Source: a bacterium (GTDB lineage Bacteria > Elusimicrobiota > Elusimicrobia > UBA1565 > UBA9628). From it: a stretch of 50,902 nucleotides of DNA. Position numbers and translations under genes: made by a program. Positions 28,493-38,568 of the stretch are shown here, in pieces. Location of the stretch: assembly GCA_021810245.1 (NCBI GenBank), contig JAJZJF010000005.1, positions 1 to 50,902 on the forward strand, in the 5' to 3' direction. Within the stretch, counting starts at the first letter, position 1, and every line of letters begins with the position of its first letter. The notes under the pieces were generated by a model. It worked only from the letters and a program-made list of their open reading frames with translations, was not told the origin of the DNA and did not search any database.

Positions 28493-29803
28493 TTACGGGC
28501 GACCCACGCCGCAATAGGTAAAGCCCAAAGAGCGCATTTTTTGAGGGTCATAGAGATTGCGCCCATCAAGAATCAGCGGATTTTTAAGAAGGCCAAAAAT
28601 GCGCTTAAAATCAAGGTCTTTAAATTCTGGCCAATCCGTGACCACGGCCACCGCGTCGGCCCCTTGAAGACACTGATAAACGTCCTTGCATAAAACCACT
28701 CCTTTCATCTGCGGCCAAAAAGGCGCGCGGTCAAGCGCCACGGGATCTGTCGCCCGAATCTTGACTCCGCGATCTTTAAGGTGAAGGGCGATATCCAGGC
28801 TTGGCGCAAAGCGCATGTCATCGGTGTTGGGCTTAAACGCAAGGCCCAGCATCGCCACGGTTTTGCCTTCCAAATTCCAAAGATGTTCCTCTAATTTCCG
28901 AATGATCCAGGTTTTCTGAAACTCATTGACTTCCTTGACCGCTTTGAGCATTTGAAAGTCGTAGCCTTTCTTTCTCGCGATCCAATAAAAGGCTTCAAGA
29001 TCCTTCGGAAAGCAAAATCCGCCAAAACCGATTCCCGCGTTGAAAAACATCGGCCCGATGCGACGATCAAGCCCCATTCCCTTGGCGACCAAGCCGACGT
29101 CGGCGCCCACTTTCTCGCACAAAATGGAAACCGCGTTGATATAGGAAATCTTCATCGCTAAAAAAGAATTAGAAGCATGCTTAATGAGTTCCGCGCTTTT
29201 GACATCGGTGACAAGGACCGTTGAGTCAATAGGCTCATAAACCTTGCGCATGACCTTTTCAGATCGCGGAGACGCCACTCCTAAAACAATCCGATCGGGA
29301 TTCATGAAATCTTTAACCGCCGAGCCTTCGCTTAAAAATTCCGGATTGGAAACGACGTCAAACTCCACTCCCTTTTTCGCTAAACGCGCGACCGTTTTAT
29401 AAACCCATTCCCCGGTCTCGACTGGAACCGTCGATTTGTCCACGATGACGGCATAGCCGGATAAATTCTGGGCGACCTCGGCCGCGACATTTTCAACCGC
29501 CGACAAATCCGCCGAACCGTCTTCACGAGGAGGAGTGCCGACCGCGATGAATACGACCTCAACAGGAGAATTTTTAATGCGCATTCCTTCCTTGATAGAG
29601 GAAGCGAAAGAAAGCCTTTTGTGGCGCGCATTCTTCTTGAAAATAGCCTCAAGCCCCGGTTCATGGATGGGAACTTTCCCCGCTTTTAGAGCGGCAATTT
29701 TTTTCTTGTCGGAATCAACGCAGACGACCTGATGGCCAATCTCCGCCAAACACGCCCCGGTCACTAAACCCACATAACCGCAACCCACTACGCAAATTTT
29801 CAT
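28493..29803 (-). CDS. ugd: UDP-glucose 6-dehydrogenase
   Basis: G.GYVG, KSTVP, NPEFL.EG, GFGG.CFPKD, GLAFKPNTDDMR. Confidence 0.95.
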   Translation of the reverse strand: MKICVVGCGYVGLVTGACLAEIGHQVVCVDSDKKKIAALKAGKVPIHEPGLEAIFKKNARHKRLSFASSIKEGMRIKNSPVEVVFIAVGTPPREDGSADLSAVENVAAEVAQNLSGYAVIVDKSTVPVETGEWVYKTVARLAKKGVEFDVVSNPEFLSEGSAVKDFMNPDRIVLGVASPRSEKVMRKVYEPIDSTVLVTDVKSAELIKHASNSFLAMKISYINAVSILCEKVGADVGLVAKGMGLDRRIGPMFFNAGIGFGGFCFPKDLEAFYWIARKKGYDFQMLKAVKEVNEFQKTWIIRKLEEHLWNLEGKTVAMLGLAFKPNTDDMRFAPSLDIALHLKDRGVKIRATDPVALDRAPFWPQMKGVVLCKDVYQCLQGADAVAVVTDWPEFKDLDFKRIFGLLKNPLILDGRNLYDPQKMRSLGFTYCGVGRP

Positions 29804-29878
29804 GTCTTTATTCCCCTTATTTAAAATCAGCAGTTCAAAAATATCTTATCAAATGTATAATCTAAAGACTGATGGCTT

Positions 29879-31054
29879 ATGCTTAGTTGTCTCTATTGTT
29901 TCTCTGCGGCCTGGGCTGTAATTCTGCTCGCGGGTTTGTGGGCTTGTGCGCTAGCCACTTTCCGCCACTTCGGGCGAAGCGCTTTCTCAAGCCAATCAAA
30001 TTTTGCCGAAAAAATGACCTTGATTCGCCCGATCCGCGGCCTCAACGATGGAATTAGAGAAGCCTTGGAATCTATAGCCGAGTCCGACATTCAAAGCCGA
30101 CTTGAGATATTAATCGCAATGGAATCTTCCGATGATCCGGCTTATCCGATCGCGATAGGATTTTCCCAGTATAAAGCGAATAGAAACGTCTCCATTATTT
30201 TAACCGGTCCCAGCAAGGACCGAATGGGCAAAATACACAATATGATAGAGGCTTTTCCCAAAGCTAAAACCCCTTTCATCGTTTTCTCGGACGCCGACGC
30301 TTGGGCCAACCCGGCGTTGATTCGAGAAACCGCTCGCGCCTTCGGCTCCGGTTATGACGCGGTGTTTGCATTGCCTTATTTTGCAGATGCCAGAAACGCC
30401 GCGGAAATGAGTTTCGCCGTGGCCTTAAACCACGGATTTTCAACCCCCGCAGCTCTAAGTTATTATCTGTTTAATTTTCCGTTTTGCGCCGGCGCCTGGA
30501 TGGGGTTTTCAAAAGACATCATCAGAAAAATCGGGGGGCTTGAATCCTTTGAAAAGCGCATCGCCGACGATTACTCTCTGGGGATGGCGGTCGTTAAAGC
30601 TGGCGGCAAACACGCATTTCTTAGCCGCCCTGTTTTCTTTCGAGAAACCACTAAAAGCGTCAAGGATACTTTTCAGCATTTGTCAAAATGGGCCTCTATC
30701 ATTCATTCTTGCCTGCCCAATCTTTATTGGATTGCCCCTCTTTTCTCCCCCACCCATGCCGCCTTTTTATTTTTGTTCATCGCCTGGGCGACCCATTGGC
30801 ATGTTCTGGCCGCTTTAGTTCTTTTTACAGCGACTATTCTCTCCCGCATTTTGGTGGGAATCATTCAAGACTTGAAAATCGCGCGCAAGACCATGCCTTT
30901 TTACTCTTATCTTGGAATTCCCTTGTTTGATTTTATCGCCACGGGAATTTGGCTGTCTGGATTCCGCAAAAACATCAACTGGAGAAACAAAAGCTACCGA
31001 TTGTCTAGGGGATGCAAAGCGGAAGTGCTAAACGCCGAGATTCCTGTCAGATAA
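29879..31054 (+). CDS. GT2/GT21 ceramide-glucosyltransferase-like membrane glycosyltransferase (HpnI-like)
   Basis: RP..G, K..N, DAD, GG......IADD..LG, Q...W motifs; flanking TMs. Confidence 0.75.
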   Translation: MLSCLYCFSAAWAVILLAGLWACALATFRHFGRSAFSSQSNFAEKMTLIRPIRGLNDGIREALESIAESDIQSRLEILIAMESSDDPAYPIAIGFSQYKANRNVSIILTGPSKDRMGKIHNMIEAFPKAKTPFIVFSDADAWANPALIRETARAFGSGYDAVFALPYFADARNAAEMSFAVALNHGFSTPAALSYYLFNFPFCAGAWMGFSKDIIRKIGGLESFEKRIADDYSLGMAVVKAGGKHAFLSRPVFFRETTKSVKDTFQHLSKWASIIHSCLPNLYWIAPLFSPTHAAFLFLFIAWATHWHVLAALVLFTATILSRILVGIIQDLKIARKTMPFYSYLGIPLFDFIATGIWLSGFRKNINWRNKSYRLSRGCKAEVLNAEIPVR

Positions 31055-31055
31055 A

Positions 31056-32360
31056 CTACCGCGACCAAGAGGGAGTCGCGCTATTTCCTTTAATTTTCAA
31101 AAGCGCATGAGGCGCGGAGCCGTCGGCATCCATCACATAAAGGCGGGAAATGCCGTTTCTACCTGTCCGGCTAAAAACGATAAAGCGTCCGTCCGGGGAC
31201 CAAGACGGGTTTTCGCTCGATCCACTTCCATGAGTAATATCGCGCTCATCGGTTCCGGTAATATCAGTCAAAAGAATATCTAATTTTTCCGTGGGAGAAA
31301 CTCTCCCGGCAAAAGTAATCCACTGTCCTGTCGGCGACCAGGAAGGAGAATCGCACCAGTTGAGCATGGTCAACCTCTTGACGCGAGCGGTCAACAAGTC
31401 CATGGTATAGACCTCGGGGTTTCCCGCCCGATCGGATACGAAAGCGATTTGGCTGGCATCCGGAGAAAACGTGGGTGAACTGTCAGCTCCTCTATCATTG
31501 GTCAATTGAGTCAGATGGCCGTTGACAAGGTTTTTGATATAGATATTCGGATTTTTCCCGCGCGAGAGGGTCATCAAAAGCTTGTCGCCATTGGGAGAAA
31601 AACCGCCGGCGATATTGAGCCCCTGATAGGTCGAAAATGGCCGAGAATGACTCCCAGGTTTTAGATCCAGAATAAACAGGTCGGGGTTCCCGTTTTTATA
31701 GCTGGTATAGACAATCTGTTTTCCATCAGGAGTAAAGCGCGGCAAGATGTCAATTGAATGATCCCAAGTCAATCTCCTCAAATTTTGGCCGTCGTAATCA
31801 ACCAGATATATTTCCTTGTGCGTGGTTTGATCATTAGAGAACGCGATATGGGTATGGGCGATTCCCGGCTTTCCCGTTAAGGCCTCAACGATTTCATCCG
31901 ACATCTGATGAGCCATTTCCCGCCAAGAATCAGAATTGCCTTTGTAAAAATGCCCTAGAATGGTCGAGCCGGAATTGAGGTCCAAAAGATGAACTGTTAT
32001 TTGTAATTGGTCGAGAGCCGTTGAAACATCCGCAGTCAATAAAAAAGTCGCGCCTTTCTTGCGCCAATCAGAAGCAATTTCCCTGGCATTAGAGCCGTTA
32101 AAAGCCGGGCCGTTTTCAAGCACATTGAAATAACGTGACATTAGTAAATCCGCCCGCACGACATCCCTGAGGTTATGGGCCATGAAGGCCGCTTTTTTTT
32201 CTCCCACAGGGCGAGAGAAAAACGGGGGCAAAGCTAAATTAAGAAGAGGCTGGGACTGGTTTTGCCCCGAAAGCTGAAGATAAAGTTCGTTTGTATCCGC
32301 CCAAAGAGGAGACTGAAATAGAAACAAAAGAGCGGATAAGACCCAAGAAGTTTTTTTCAC
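31056..32360 (-). CDS. tolB: Tol-Pal beta-propeller protein TolB
   Basis: TolB N-domain, AH..SD.I...LTG..G, PD40 repeats (P.WSPDG). Confidence 0.93.
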   Translation of the reverse strand: MKKTSWVLSALLFLFQSPLWADTNELYLQLSGQNQSQPLLNLALPPFFSRPVGEKKAAFMAHNLRDVVRADLLMSRYFNVLENGPAFNGSNAREIASDWRKKGATFLLTADVSTALDQLQITVHLLDLNSGSTILGHFYKGNSDSWREMAHQMSDEIVEALTGKPGIAHTHIAFSNDQTTHKEIYLVDYDGQNLRRLTWDHSIDILPRFTPDGKQIVYTSYKNGNPDLFILDLKPGSHSRPFSTYQGLNIAGGFSPNGDKLLMTLSRGKNPNIYIKNLVNGHLTQLTNDRGADSSPTFSPDASQIAFVSDRAGNPEVYTMDLLTARVKRLTMLNWCDSPSWSPTGQWITFAGRVSPTEKLDILLTDITGTDERDITHGSGSSENPSWSPDGRFIVFSRTGRNGISRLYVMDADGSAPHALLKIKGNSATPSWSR

Positions 32361-33199
32361 TGCGACTGCGCTTGAGGCGCTTGCCTTTTTATTTTTTTCT
32401 TGGTCTTAGACGACTTAGAAGAATGAATGAGTTTTTTCAATGCCAAGGCGGCCGAATGAGCCTCGGGAGTTTGAGGGAAATCGTTTTCAACCGATTCCAG
32501 ATACTGTTCCGCTTCCTTCTTTTTCCCTCCCAGATGAATCAAACAGCGCGCATACATTAAGCGCGTTGAAGGGATTAAATTGCTTTTCGGATAGCGAGTC
32601 ATGAAAAGAGCGAACTGCTCGCCAGCCTTTTTCCACTCTTTAAGCCCATAATAACAGCGAGCCAGCTTGTAAAGGGCGGCATCGGCAAAAGCCCCGTTGG
32701 GATATTTTTGCAAATACTCGCTAAAGCCTTGAGCGGCCAAATCATAATTTTTGAGGCCAAGACGGATATCGGCGGAGTTAAAAATTTCCGTTGGAGAATG
32801 CCCGCGCGCCTTTTCGTCTTTTTCCAGGGCCGCTTTTTGCGCCTCAAGACTTTTAATCTGTTGCGCTGTTAAAACCTTGCCGATGGATAAAACCTGATTG
32901 GCAATCTGCACCCGCATGTCGTCTATTTTTGATGAGAGGTCGTTCATTTGACTCTCATTTTCCTTGATTGTTTCGGTGTAAACGCCCAGATCGTCGTGTA
33001 AATTTTTGACCTGTTCAGACAAATCCGCCTGATTATCCTGGAGAGAAGTCAAGGTTTTTTGAAGGCCCACTAACTGCTGCTTTAAGGCGTCGGTCTGGGC
33101 TTCGAGGTCTACGACATCCTGTTGGGTCGCGACGCAGGCGCTAAAAAAAGAAACGCCGAAGGCGAGAGCCGCAAGCACAACCGTTTTTTTTGCGCGCAC
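32357..33199 (-). CDS. cpoB: CpoB/YbgF-like lipoprotein (coiled coil + TPR)
   Basis: Lipobox FSAC, coiled coil, F..Y..KYP....DAALY TPR. Confidence 0.85.
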   Translation of the reverse strand: MRAKKTVVLAALAFGVSFFSACVATQQDVVDLEAQTDALKQQLVGLQKTLTSLQDNQADLSEQVKNLHDDLGVYTETIKENESQMNDLSSKIDDMRVQIANQVLSIGKVLTAQQIKSLEAQKAALEKDEKARGHSPTEIFNSADIRLGLKNYDLAAQGFSEYLQKYPNGAFADAALYKLARCYYGLKEWKKAGEQFALFMTRYPKSNLIPSTRLMYARCLIHLGGKKKEAEQYLESVENDFPQTPEAHSAALALKKLIHSSKSSKTKKKIKRQAPQAQSQ

Positions 33200-33236
33200 T
33201 CAGAACCTTCGGCGATTTCCTATTTCCAATAGTCAG

Positions 33237-33842
33237 TTATTGCCCGGCAGATGGAGCCGGAGCGGTGGTTGAAGATGAAGCAGGGGTCATGGAAGCGGCG
33301 CTTTTAGCCGCGATTTTCTCGCGAACTTCGGTATCGGCATGCCGGTTTTTAGACCAGCATGATTCCGTCATCTCGGAACAAACCAGTTTCTCTTTTCCGT
33401 AGGAAATCGTGGCAATGCGATGGCCAGAAATTCCCAGAAGCATGTAATAACTCCGAACGGACTTGGCGCGGCGCTGTCCCAAAGCGAGGTTGTATTCGAC
33501 AGTTCCTCTTTGGTCGCAGTTGCCCGTCACCATAATGTCCAAATCGGGATGATTTTTTAAATAATGGGCGTTTTTCTTGAGTATGGATCGAGTCTCCGCG
33601 CTTAATTTCGCGCTGTCATAGTTAAAATAGACTGAAACGAGTTGAGGAACCTCTTCAAACTCGCCTCCGCGCAAACTGGCCTCGGTCATTGAAGAAGCCG
33701 CGACCGTCGGGGTGGATACGGCCACCGCCGGAGGGGTCTGAACGCCGCTGACCTTGATATGTTTGGGAGAACACGAAATAAACGCCAGAACTCCCACTGT
33801 GACAATGCCAACAGAGACGAATTGAACAAAAGTCTTTTTCAT
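33237..33842 (-). CDS. pal: Peptidoglycan-associated lipoprotein
   Basis: Lipobox FISC; VYF.YD, G.CDQRGT.EYNLALG.RRA, SYGKE, NR; start ATG 33842 behind GAGGAG. Confidence 0.95.
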   Translation of the reverse strand: MKKTFVQFVSVGIVTVGVLAFISCSPKHIKVSGVQTPPAVAVSTPTVAASSMTEASLRGGEFEEVPQLVSVYFNYDSAKLSAETRSILKKNAHYLKNHPDLDIMVTGNCDQRGTVEYNLALGQRRAKSVRSYYMLLGISGHRIATISYGKEKLVCSEMTESCWSKNRHADTEVREKIAAKSAASMTPASSSTTAPAPSAGQ

Positions 33843-33939
33843 ATTTTCCAATTTCTCCTCAATCCCATCATGATACTTAACTGACGGATTTATTGTAACA
33901 AAAAATATGTTAAAATACCAAAGATAAGGAGAAAATATT

Positions 33940-34839
33940 ATGGCATTTAAAAGGAAAGAGACGATTATCGAAGCGATCGACTTAAATACCATCACGCCTG
34001 AAGATGCGGAAAGCCGCATCATCGCCGGGGTTAAGAAATACGCAACCAACGAACCCAATTGGTCCAAGGCCGACGCCAACACCCCCTATCTCGGCCATAT
34101 TATAGGAATGGGAATTGAATCTGCCAATTTGGCCGACATCACGATGTCCATTGAAAGGCAATTCCTGACCAAGAAAACCCGTCGAGTGCCGATTGATGGA
34201 ACCAACGATTTCCGTTTGGAAGACGGCGAACTGGGAAAGCTCCGAATTTTAGACGGGCAAGACGCCACCGCCGCGACCCCCGGGCTTTCGGTTAAAATGC
34301 TGATGGATCTGGGGCATATGCCCAAAAATGACTCCTATTTATCCAAGGTCGCCGGGTTTGCCTATATTTCCAGCGTGGGAGAAGGCTACCGCCTGAATGA
34401 ATCCATCAAAAAATTGATGAACCGCATTGACAAATTAGCCGACAATGAAAAGGCGGAAGCAATCCAAAATCTAAAAACGATGATCTCTCAAGCCAAAACT
34501 TATCTCAGCGACATCTCGGACTCTAAGCGTTTTGCCGATTCCAAGCGAAAAGCCTACGAGGCCGACAAAGCCGCCCACGACAACCTGACCCAAGAACTAT
34601 CTCTTCTTCAAGATAAAATCAAGGGATTGTCCTCTTCCAACGACCATGAAAAGGTTTCCGCCCTTAACGCGGAGTTAGCCGAGTTAAAAACGCGCTTAAA
34701 AATGAGCTCCGATAAACTGCGGGTGTCTTCTGAAATCGCTTCTTGCGCGGCCAGGCGTTCTCCAATAGAAGAGGCCAAGGTCATTGAGATCGCCTCTTTA
34801 ATCTCTTCCACGGTTTCTCAAGCGGAAAAGATTTCTTAG
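33940..34839 (+). CDS. Hypothetical protein with C-terminal coiled coil
   Basis: 299 aa; SD AAGGAG; divergent from pal. Confidence 0.75.
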   Translation: MAFKRKETIIEAIDLNTITPEDAESRIIAGVKKYATNEPNWSKADANTPYLGHIIGMGIESANLADITMSIERQFLTKKTRRVPIDGTNDFRLEDGELGKLRILDGQDATAATPGLSVKMLMDLGHMPKNDSYLSKVAGFAYISSVGEGYRLNESIKKLMNRIDKLADNEKAEAIQNLKTMISQAKTYLSDISDSKRFADSKRKAYEADKAAHDNLTQELSLLQDKIKGLSSSNDHEKVSALNAELAELKTRLKMSSDKLRVSSEIASCAARRSPIEEAKVIEIASLISSTVSQAEKIS

Positions 34840-34856
34840 GGGTTGTCTTACAAGAC

Positions 34857-36257
34857 GTGCTCTCGAACTGCGCCGTAAAGGGGCTTCGCCGCCAGCGTTT
34901 TTTAAGTTCCCTGGCCGCGGGGGCCGTTTATCTCGTCATTCTCGCCTTTTTGCGCTTTCGCCTCCGCTACAAAATCCAAGATCTCAAATCCTTCCGAAGG
35001 CAGGTGCGACTGGCTCTTCAAGATCATGAGGGTCCGGTCATCTGGGCCGCCAACCACCTGACGATGATTGATTCGTTCCTTATTTTCTGGGCGGCCTCTC
35101 CTTGGACCCAGGCGATGCGCGATTCCTCCATCCCCTGGTCGACGCCTGAAATAGAGAACTACTACTACTTGGGCGGCTGGTTTAAGAAAAATTTAATACG
35201 CGGCCTCATCTACCTTTGCCGCTGCATTCCAATTTCGCGCTCGGGAGACGGAGACGACGCGCAAAAGGGGCGCCAAGAAGTTTTCGAGAAGTGCGTCTGG
35301 ATTTTAAAAAACGGCGGACCGGTCTTCATTTTTCCAGAGGCGACAAGATCCCGCCACGGCTGGTTTAACCGGCACAAACCCAAGGACTTTTTAGGGCGCC
35401 TGGCCCTTGAAGTTCCAAACGCGAAATTTTTCTGCGTCTATTTCCGGGGAGAAAATCAGCTCTATTCAACCACCGCCCCCTCCACGGGCGAACGTTTCCG
35501 CGTGGAATTCAAGGTTTTACCTGCCGTCATGGATGGAGAAACTTCCGCAAGACAAATTTCAACGCGTTTATTTAACGCCATTGGGGATCTTCAGGATCAA
35601 TGGTTTAAAGCCGCTAAAATCCTCCGCAATTGTTCCGGAAACGACGTCATCGATCTTAAATCTCCAACCGCCCTCGAACATTTTAGCGGCGCGGGAGAAG
35701 AAGACGCAGAATGGATTTCCCGGCATTTAAGCGCGAAAGAACGGGCCTATTGGGAAAGCCGCCCCGAGGAAGCGCGCTTTACGATTTTCTGGAAATTTTT
35801 CGCGGCCAAGGAAGCGGCGGCCAAGGCCCTTGAGCGCTCTAAAATCTTTGTCCCAACGGGCTCTTTTCTCTCTTTTGAAGCGGACCTATTCAAAAATTCC
35901 GTCATTCACAAACCCACCGGGGCAAAACTAGATATCTCTTTTACCGATGAAGACGAGGATAAAATCCATTGCATCGCGGTCTTCCGCGGAGGGATTCTCG
36001 GCGACAAGGATAATCCCGGAGACGTTTTATGGAGCGTGGATGAAATTCCGCCGGGCCAGGTCCCGAGCGAATTCGCGAGGGAAAGGGCACTTTCCTTCAT
36101 CGCCGAGTCTTCCGATGATCTTTCATCTCCATCCGCTCTCGCATTGTCCGATGACGGGGGACTTCCGATTGTTCTCAAAAAAGGCCTGTCGCTTGATATT
36201 AGCCTCTCTTTGTCCCATTCCGGAAGATACGCCGCCTCAAGCTTCATGATCTCATAG
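34857..36257 (+). CDS. PlsC-type acyltransferase fused to 4'-phosphopantetheinyl transferase
   Basis: ANHLTMID (NHxxxxD) and IFPEATRS; C-terminal GNDVIDL and FAAKEAAAKAL; terminal SLSHSG. Confidence 0.8.
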   Translation: MLSNCAVKGLRRQRFLSSLAAGAVYLVILAFLRFRLRYKIQDLKSFRRQVRLALQDHEGPVIWAANHLTMIDSFLIFWAASPWTQAMRDSSIPWSTPEIENYYYLGGWFKKNLIRGLIYLCRCIPISRSGDGDDAQKGRQEVFEKCVWILKNGGPVFIFPEATRSRHGWFNRHKPKDFLGRLALEVPNAKFFCVYFRGENQLYSTTAPSTGERFRVEFKVLPAVMDGETSARQISTRLFNAIGDLQDQWFKAAKILRNCSGNDVIDLKSPTALEHFSGAGEEDAEWISRHLSAKERAYWESRPEEARFTIFWKFFAAKEAAAKALERSKIFVPTGSFLSFEADLFKNSVIHKPTGAKLDISFTDEDEDKIHCIAVFRGGILGDKDNPGDVLWSVDEIPPGQVPSEFARERALSFIAESSDDLSSPSALALSDDGGLPIVLKKGLSLDISLSLSHSGRYAASSFMIS

Positions 36258-36267
36258 GAAAAACATA

Positions 36268-37209
36268 ATGGATAAAAAATATTGCGTCATGTTTGCCGGC
36301 CAATCCGTTCAAGAGTCCGGGATGGGAAAAGATCTCCTTAAAATTCCCGCCGCCAAAGATATCCTCTTGCGCCTTAAGCCTTTTCTGGGAGAGGATTTGG
36401 AATATCTGCTGACCGAAATGCCCGATTCCGAGCTTGCCTTGACTTTTAACGCCCAAAGGGCCATTCACGCTCATCACCTGGCAAATTATTTCGCCTATAA
36501 AGCGGCGCATCCGGAATTAAGCCTCAACGGCGCCCTTGGGCATTCCATGGGAATTGTCGCGGCCTTGGTCGCCGCGGAATCAATCAGTCTGGAAGACTCC
36601 GGAAAATTTATTTTCGCCCGCGCCAAGGCTTTTTCAGAGGTCTGCAAAACTTTTACGGATCCGATGGGGCTGGCCTCTGTCAGCGCGGATGATTTTAAAG
36701 ACGTGGTCGATGAAGTCGCGCGCTTTGCCCCCATTTCGGTCGCTCTTTACAACACTAAAAGGCGCGGTGTCTTGGGTGGAACAATGGCTGAACTTGAGAA
36801 CTTCGCTCAAAAAGCCCGAGCCGAGGATTGGCCGGTCCGCATTAAAATCCTTAAAGTCGAGGGGCCGTATCACACCAAGGCATTCACGTCCTGCCGCGCC
36901 GAATTAGACCGCGCTTTGTCCGCTATTGAAATCAAGCCGCCTAAAGCGCCGGTCTTCATGGGGACCTCGGGACAGGCTGAAAAAGATCCCGAGCGGATCC
37001 GCCTCCTTTTGTCTTCCCAAGCCGATTCTTCTGAACTTTATCTTCAGGCCGTTGAATCGGCATATGCGGCTGGCTGCCGAGACTTTATCGAAATCGCCTA
37101 CAAGCCCCAGCCGGTCACCTGGCTTTCCGAGCAGTTGATTTCGGAAGACGGCGCTTTATTTGAAGGCGTCACCAGCGCCGCAATTAAAACGGAAGATATC
37201 CTCGCTTAG
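36268..37209 (+). CDS. fabD: Malonyl-CoA:ACP transacylase (FabD-like)
   Basis: FAGQ, AQ.AI, GHSMG, R, L.VEGPYH. Confidence 0.85.
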   Translation: MDKKYCVMFAGQSVQESGMGKDLLKIPAAKDILLRLKPFLGEDLEYLLTEMPDSELALTFNAQRAIHAHHLANYFAYKAAHPELSLNGALGHSMGIVAALVAAESISLEDSGKFIFARAKAFSEVCKTFTDPMGLASVSADDFKDVVDEVARFAPISVALYNTKRRGVLGGTMAELENFAQKARAEDWPVRIKILKVEGPYHTKAFTSCRAELDRALSAIEIKPPKAPVFMGTSGQAEKDPERIRLLLSSQADSSELYLQAVESAYAAGCRDFIEIAYKPQPVTWLSEQLISEDGALFEGVTSAAIKTEDILA

Positions 37210-37295
37210 GTTTTGGCGGAATATTTTTTAACGGAACAGCTCCGCTCTCGAAAAAATCCATTTTCAGAGGGAAAAATGTTAAGATAAACTTCAAC

Positions 37296-37372
37296 GGCGC
37301 GTTCGTCTAGCGGCCCAGGACGCTGCCCTCTCAAGGCAGAGACCACGGGTTCAAATCCCAACGACCCCGCCA
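37296..37372 (+). pseudogene. Chimeric tRNA-Glu pseudogene (att junction)
   Basis: First 64 nt identical to tRNA-Glu, then AACGACCCCGCCA; acceptor and T stems mispaired. Confidence 0.85.
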
Positions 37373-37474
37373 GTTTTCCCCCGACGAAGTTCTTATTTTT
37401 TAAGCGGAATTTCATAGAACTGTCCCTCCTGTTTGGATTGCTGGTTCTTGCTCCTTTTTGTCGCTTTTTGCTCG

Positions 37475-37497
37475 AAAACGCACACTCAAGCGCACAC
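37475..37497. repeat. Putative arm-type site (left end of island 2)
   Basis: AAAACGCACACTCAAGCGCACAC vs AAAACGCACACAAAAGCGCACAC at 50713-50735. Confidence 0.75.
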
Positions 37498-37509
37498 CCA
37501 TTTCGAGCG

Positions 37510-38568
37510 TCATTGAAGTTCTTCAATCCCATAAAAAATTGATTCCTTTTCATCAAAACGTTGCGCCCGATCAAGATAGTGCTGAATTGAATCTGGCGAA
37601 GAATGCCCCAGTTCCGTTTGCAACTGTCGAAAATGCTTGACAACCATGGCCCGGTGAGTGGCGAATGTCCCTCGGAGATCGTAGGACACAGCGGGTTTAT
37701 TGACTCCCGATTTCAGCAGAGCCTTCCTAAAGACACGCGCCAAATAAACTCCGGCATATGGATTCCCAGTTTTTGGATTGCAAAAGAAAAGCCCGCTCAC
37801 GGGGTGGGGAGTAAGACTTTTAAGCAATTCTCCAAAGCGCGGACCAAGTGATTTTATTTTGAGGTAACGGCGTTCATTCTTCCGCGAAGTTTTTTTCCGT
37901 TTTGAATTTAAAAGCCAAACTTCGCCCTTCTCCCAATCAATATTTTCTTTTCCAAATTGGTTCGCTTCTCCAGGCCGCGCTCCTGTCAAAATTCGGAATT
38001 CAAACAAAAATCGCAGATGTTCGGGCAAGCAAATGAGAAGTTTTTCGATTTCTTCTTTTGTAAGCCAAACCTCGGCGCGATTTCCATCCGCAAGACCGAG
38101 TTTCTTAATATCAGCAAGGACGTTACGGCGGATCAGTCCTAAATCCGCCGCATATTGAAGAACCACCCGCAAACATTTGAATTCTTTGAGCACGGTCCCT
38201 TCCGAGCAGCCTGTTTGTTTAACCCCCAGTTTTCCAGAAAGACGCGCGTGCTTAAAGTTTTCCCAATCCTCACGCATAATTTCGTGAAGATTCTTTGGTC
38301 CAAAAAATCTGCATAGCGATTTTACTGTCCAGATTTCACGTTTGCATGAGGAATCTTTCAGTCGATGCTTCGCATTCATTGTAAGATAACGCTCCTGAGC
38401 GAATCTCTCAAAAGTCATCGGCTCTTGGCCTGCCCCTAAATTCGATTCCGCCTGTTGCCCGCCAATTAGGAATTCAGTCAAGGCCGTAATCGGCACAACA
38501 CGGCGAATATAGTTTCCGCCATGTCGGTATTCAAAGCGCACAACATCTCCTTCTTTGACGACGTTCAT
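37510..38568 (-). CDS. int: Tyrosine integrase
   Basis: TGARPGE, SK, YDLRGT (variant of HxLR), LGH, HY. Confidence 0.9.
   Translation of the reverse strand: MNVVKEGDVVRFEYRHGGNYIRRVVPITALTEFLIGGQQAESNLGAGQEPMTFERFAQERYLTMNAKHRLKDSSCKREIWTVKSLCRFFGPKNLHEIMREDWENFKHARLSGKLGVKQTGCSEGTVLKEFKCLRVVLQYAADLGLIRRNVLADIKKLGLADGNRAEVWLTKEEIEKLLICLPEHLRFLFEFRILTGARPGEANQFGKENIDWEKGEVWLLNSKRKKTSRKNERRYLKIKSLGPRFGELLKSLTPHPVSGLFFCNPKTGNPYAGVYLARVFRKALLKSGVNKPAVSYDLRGTFATHRAMVVKHFRQLQTELGHSSPDSIQHYLDRAQRFDEKESIFYGIEELQ

Noticed and set aside
33843-34082. 80-aa N-terminal extension of Pal
   Set aside because: Overlaps the divergent gene; SD and lipoprotein signal support ATG 33842
37296-37372. Second functional tRNA-Glu
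   Set aside because: Four of seven acceptor pairs and two of five T-stem pairs are broken
37206-37643. ORFs crossing the tRNA copies (also 50693-50902)
   Set aside because: Translations of antisense tRNA/att sequence
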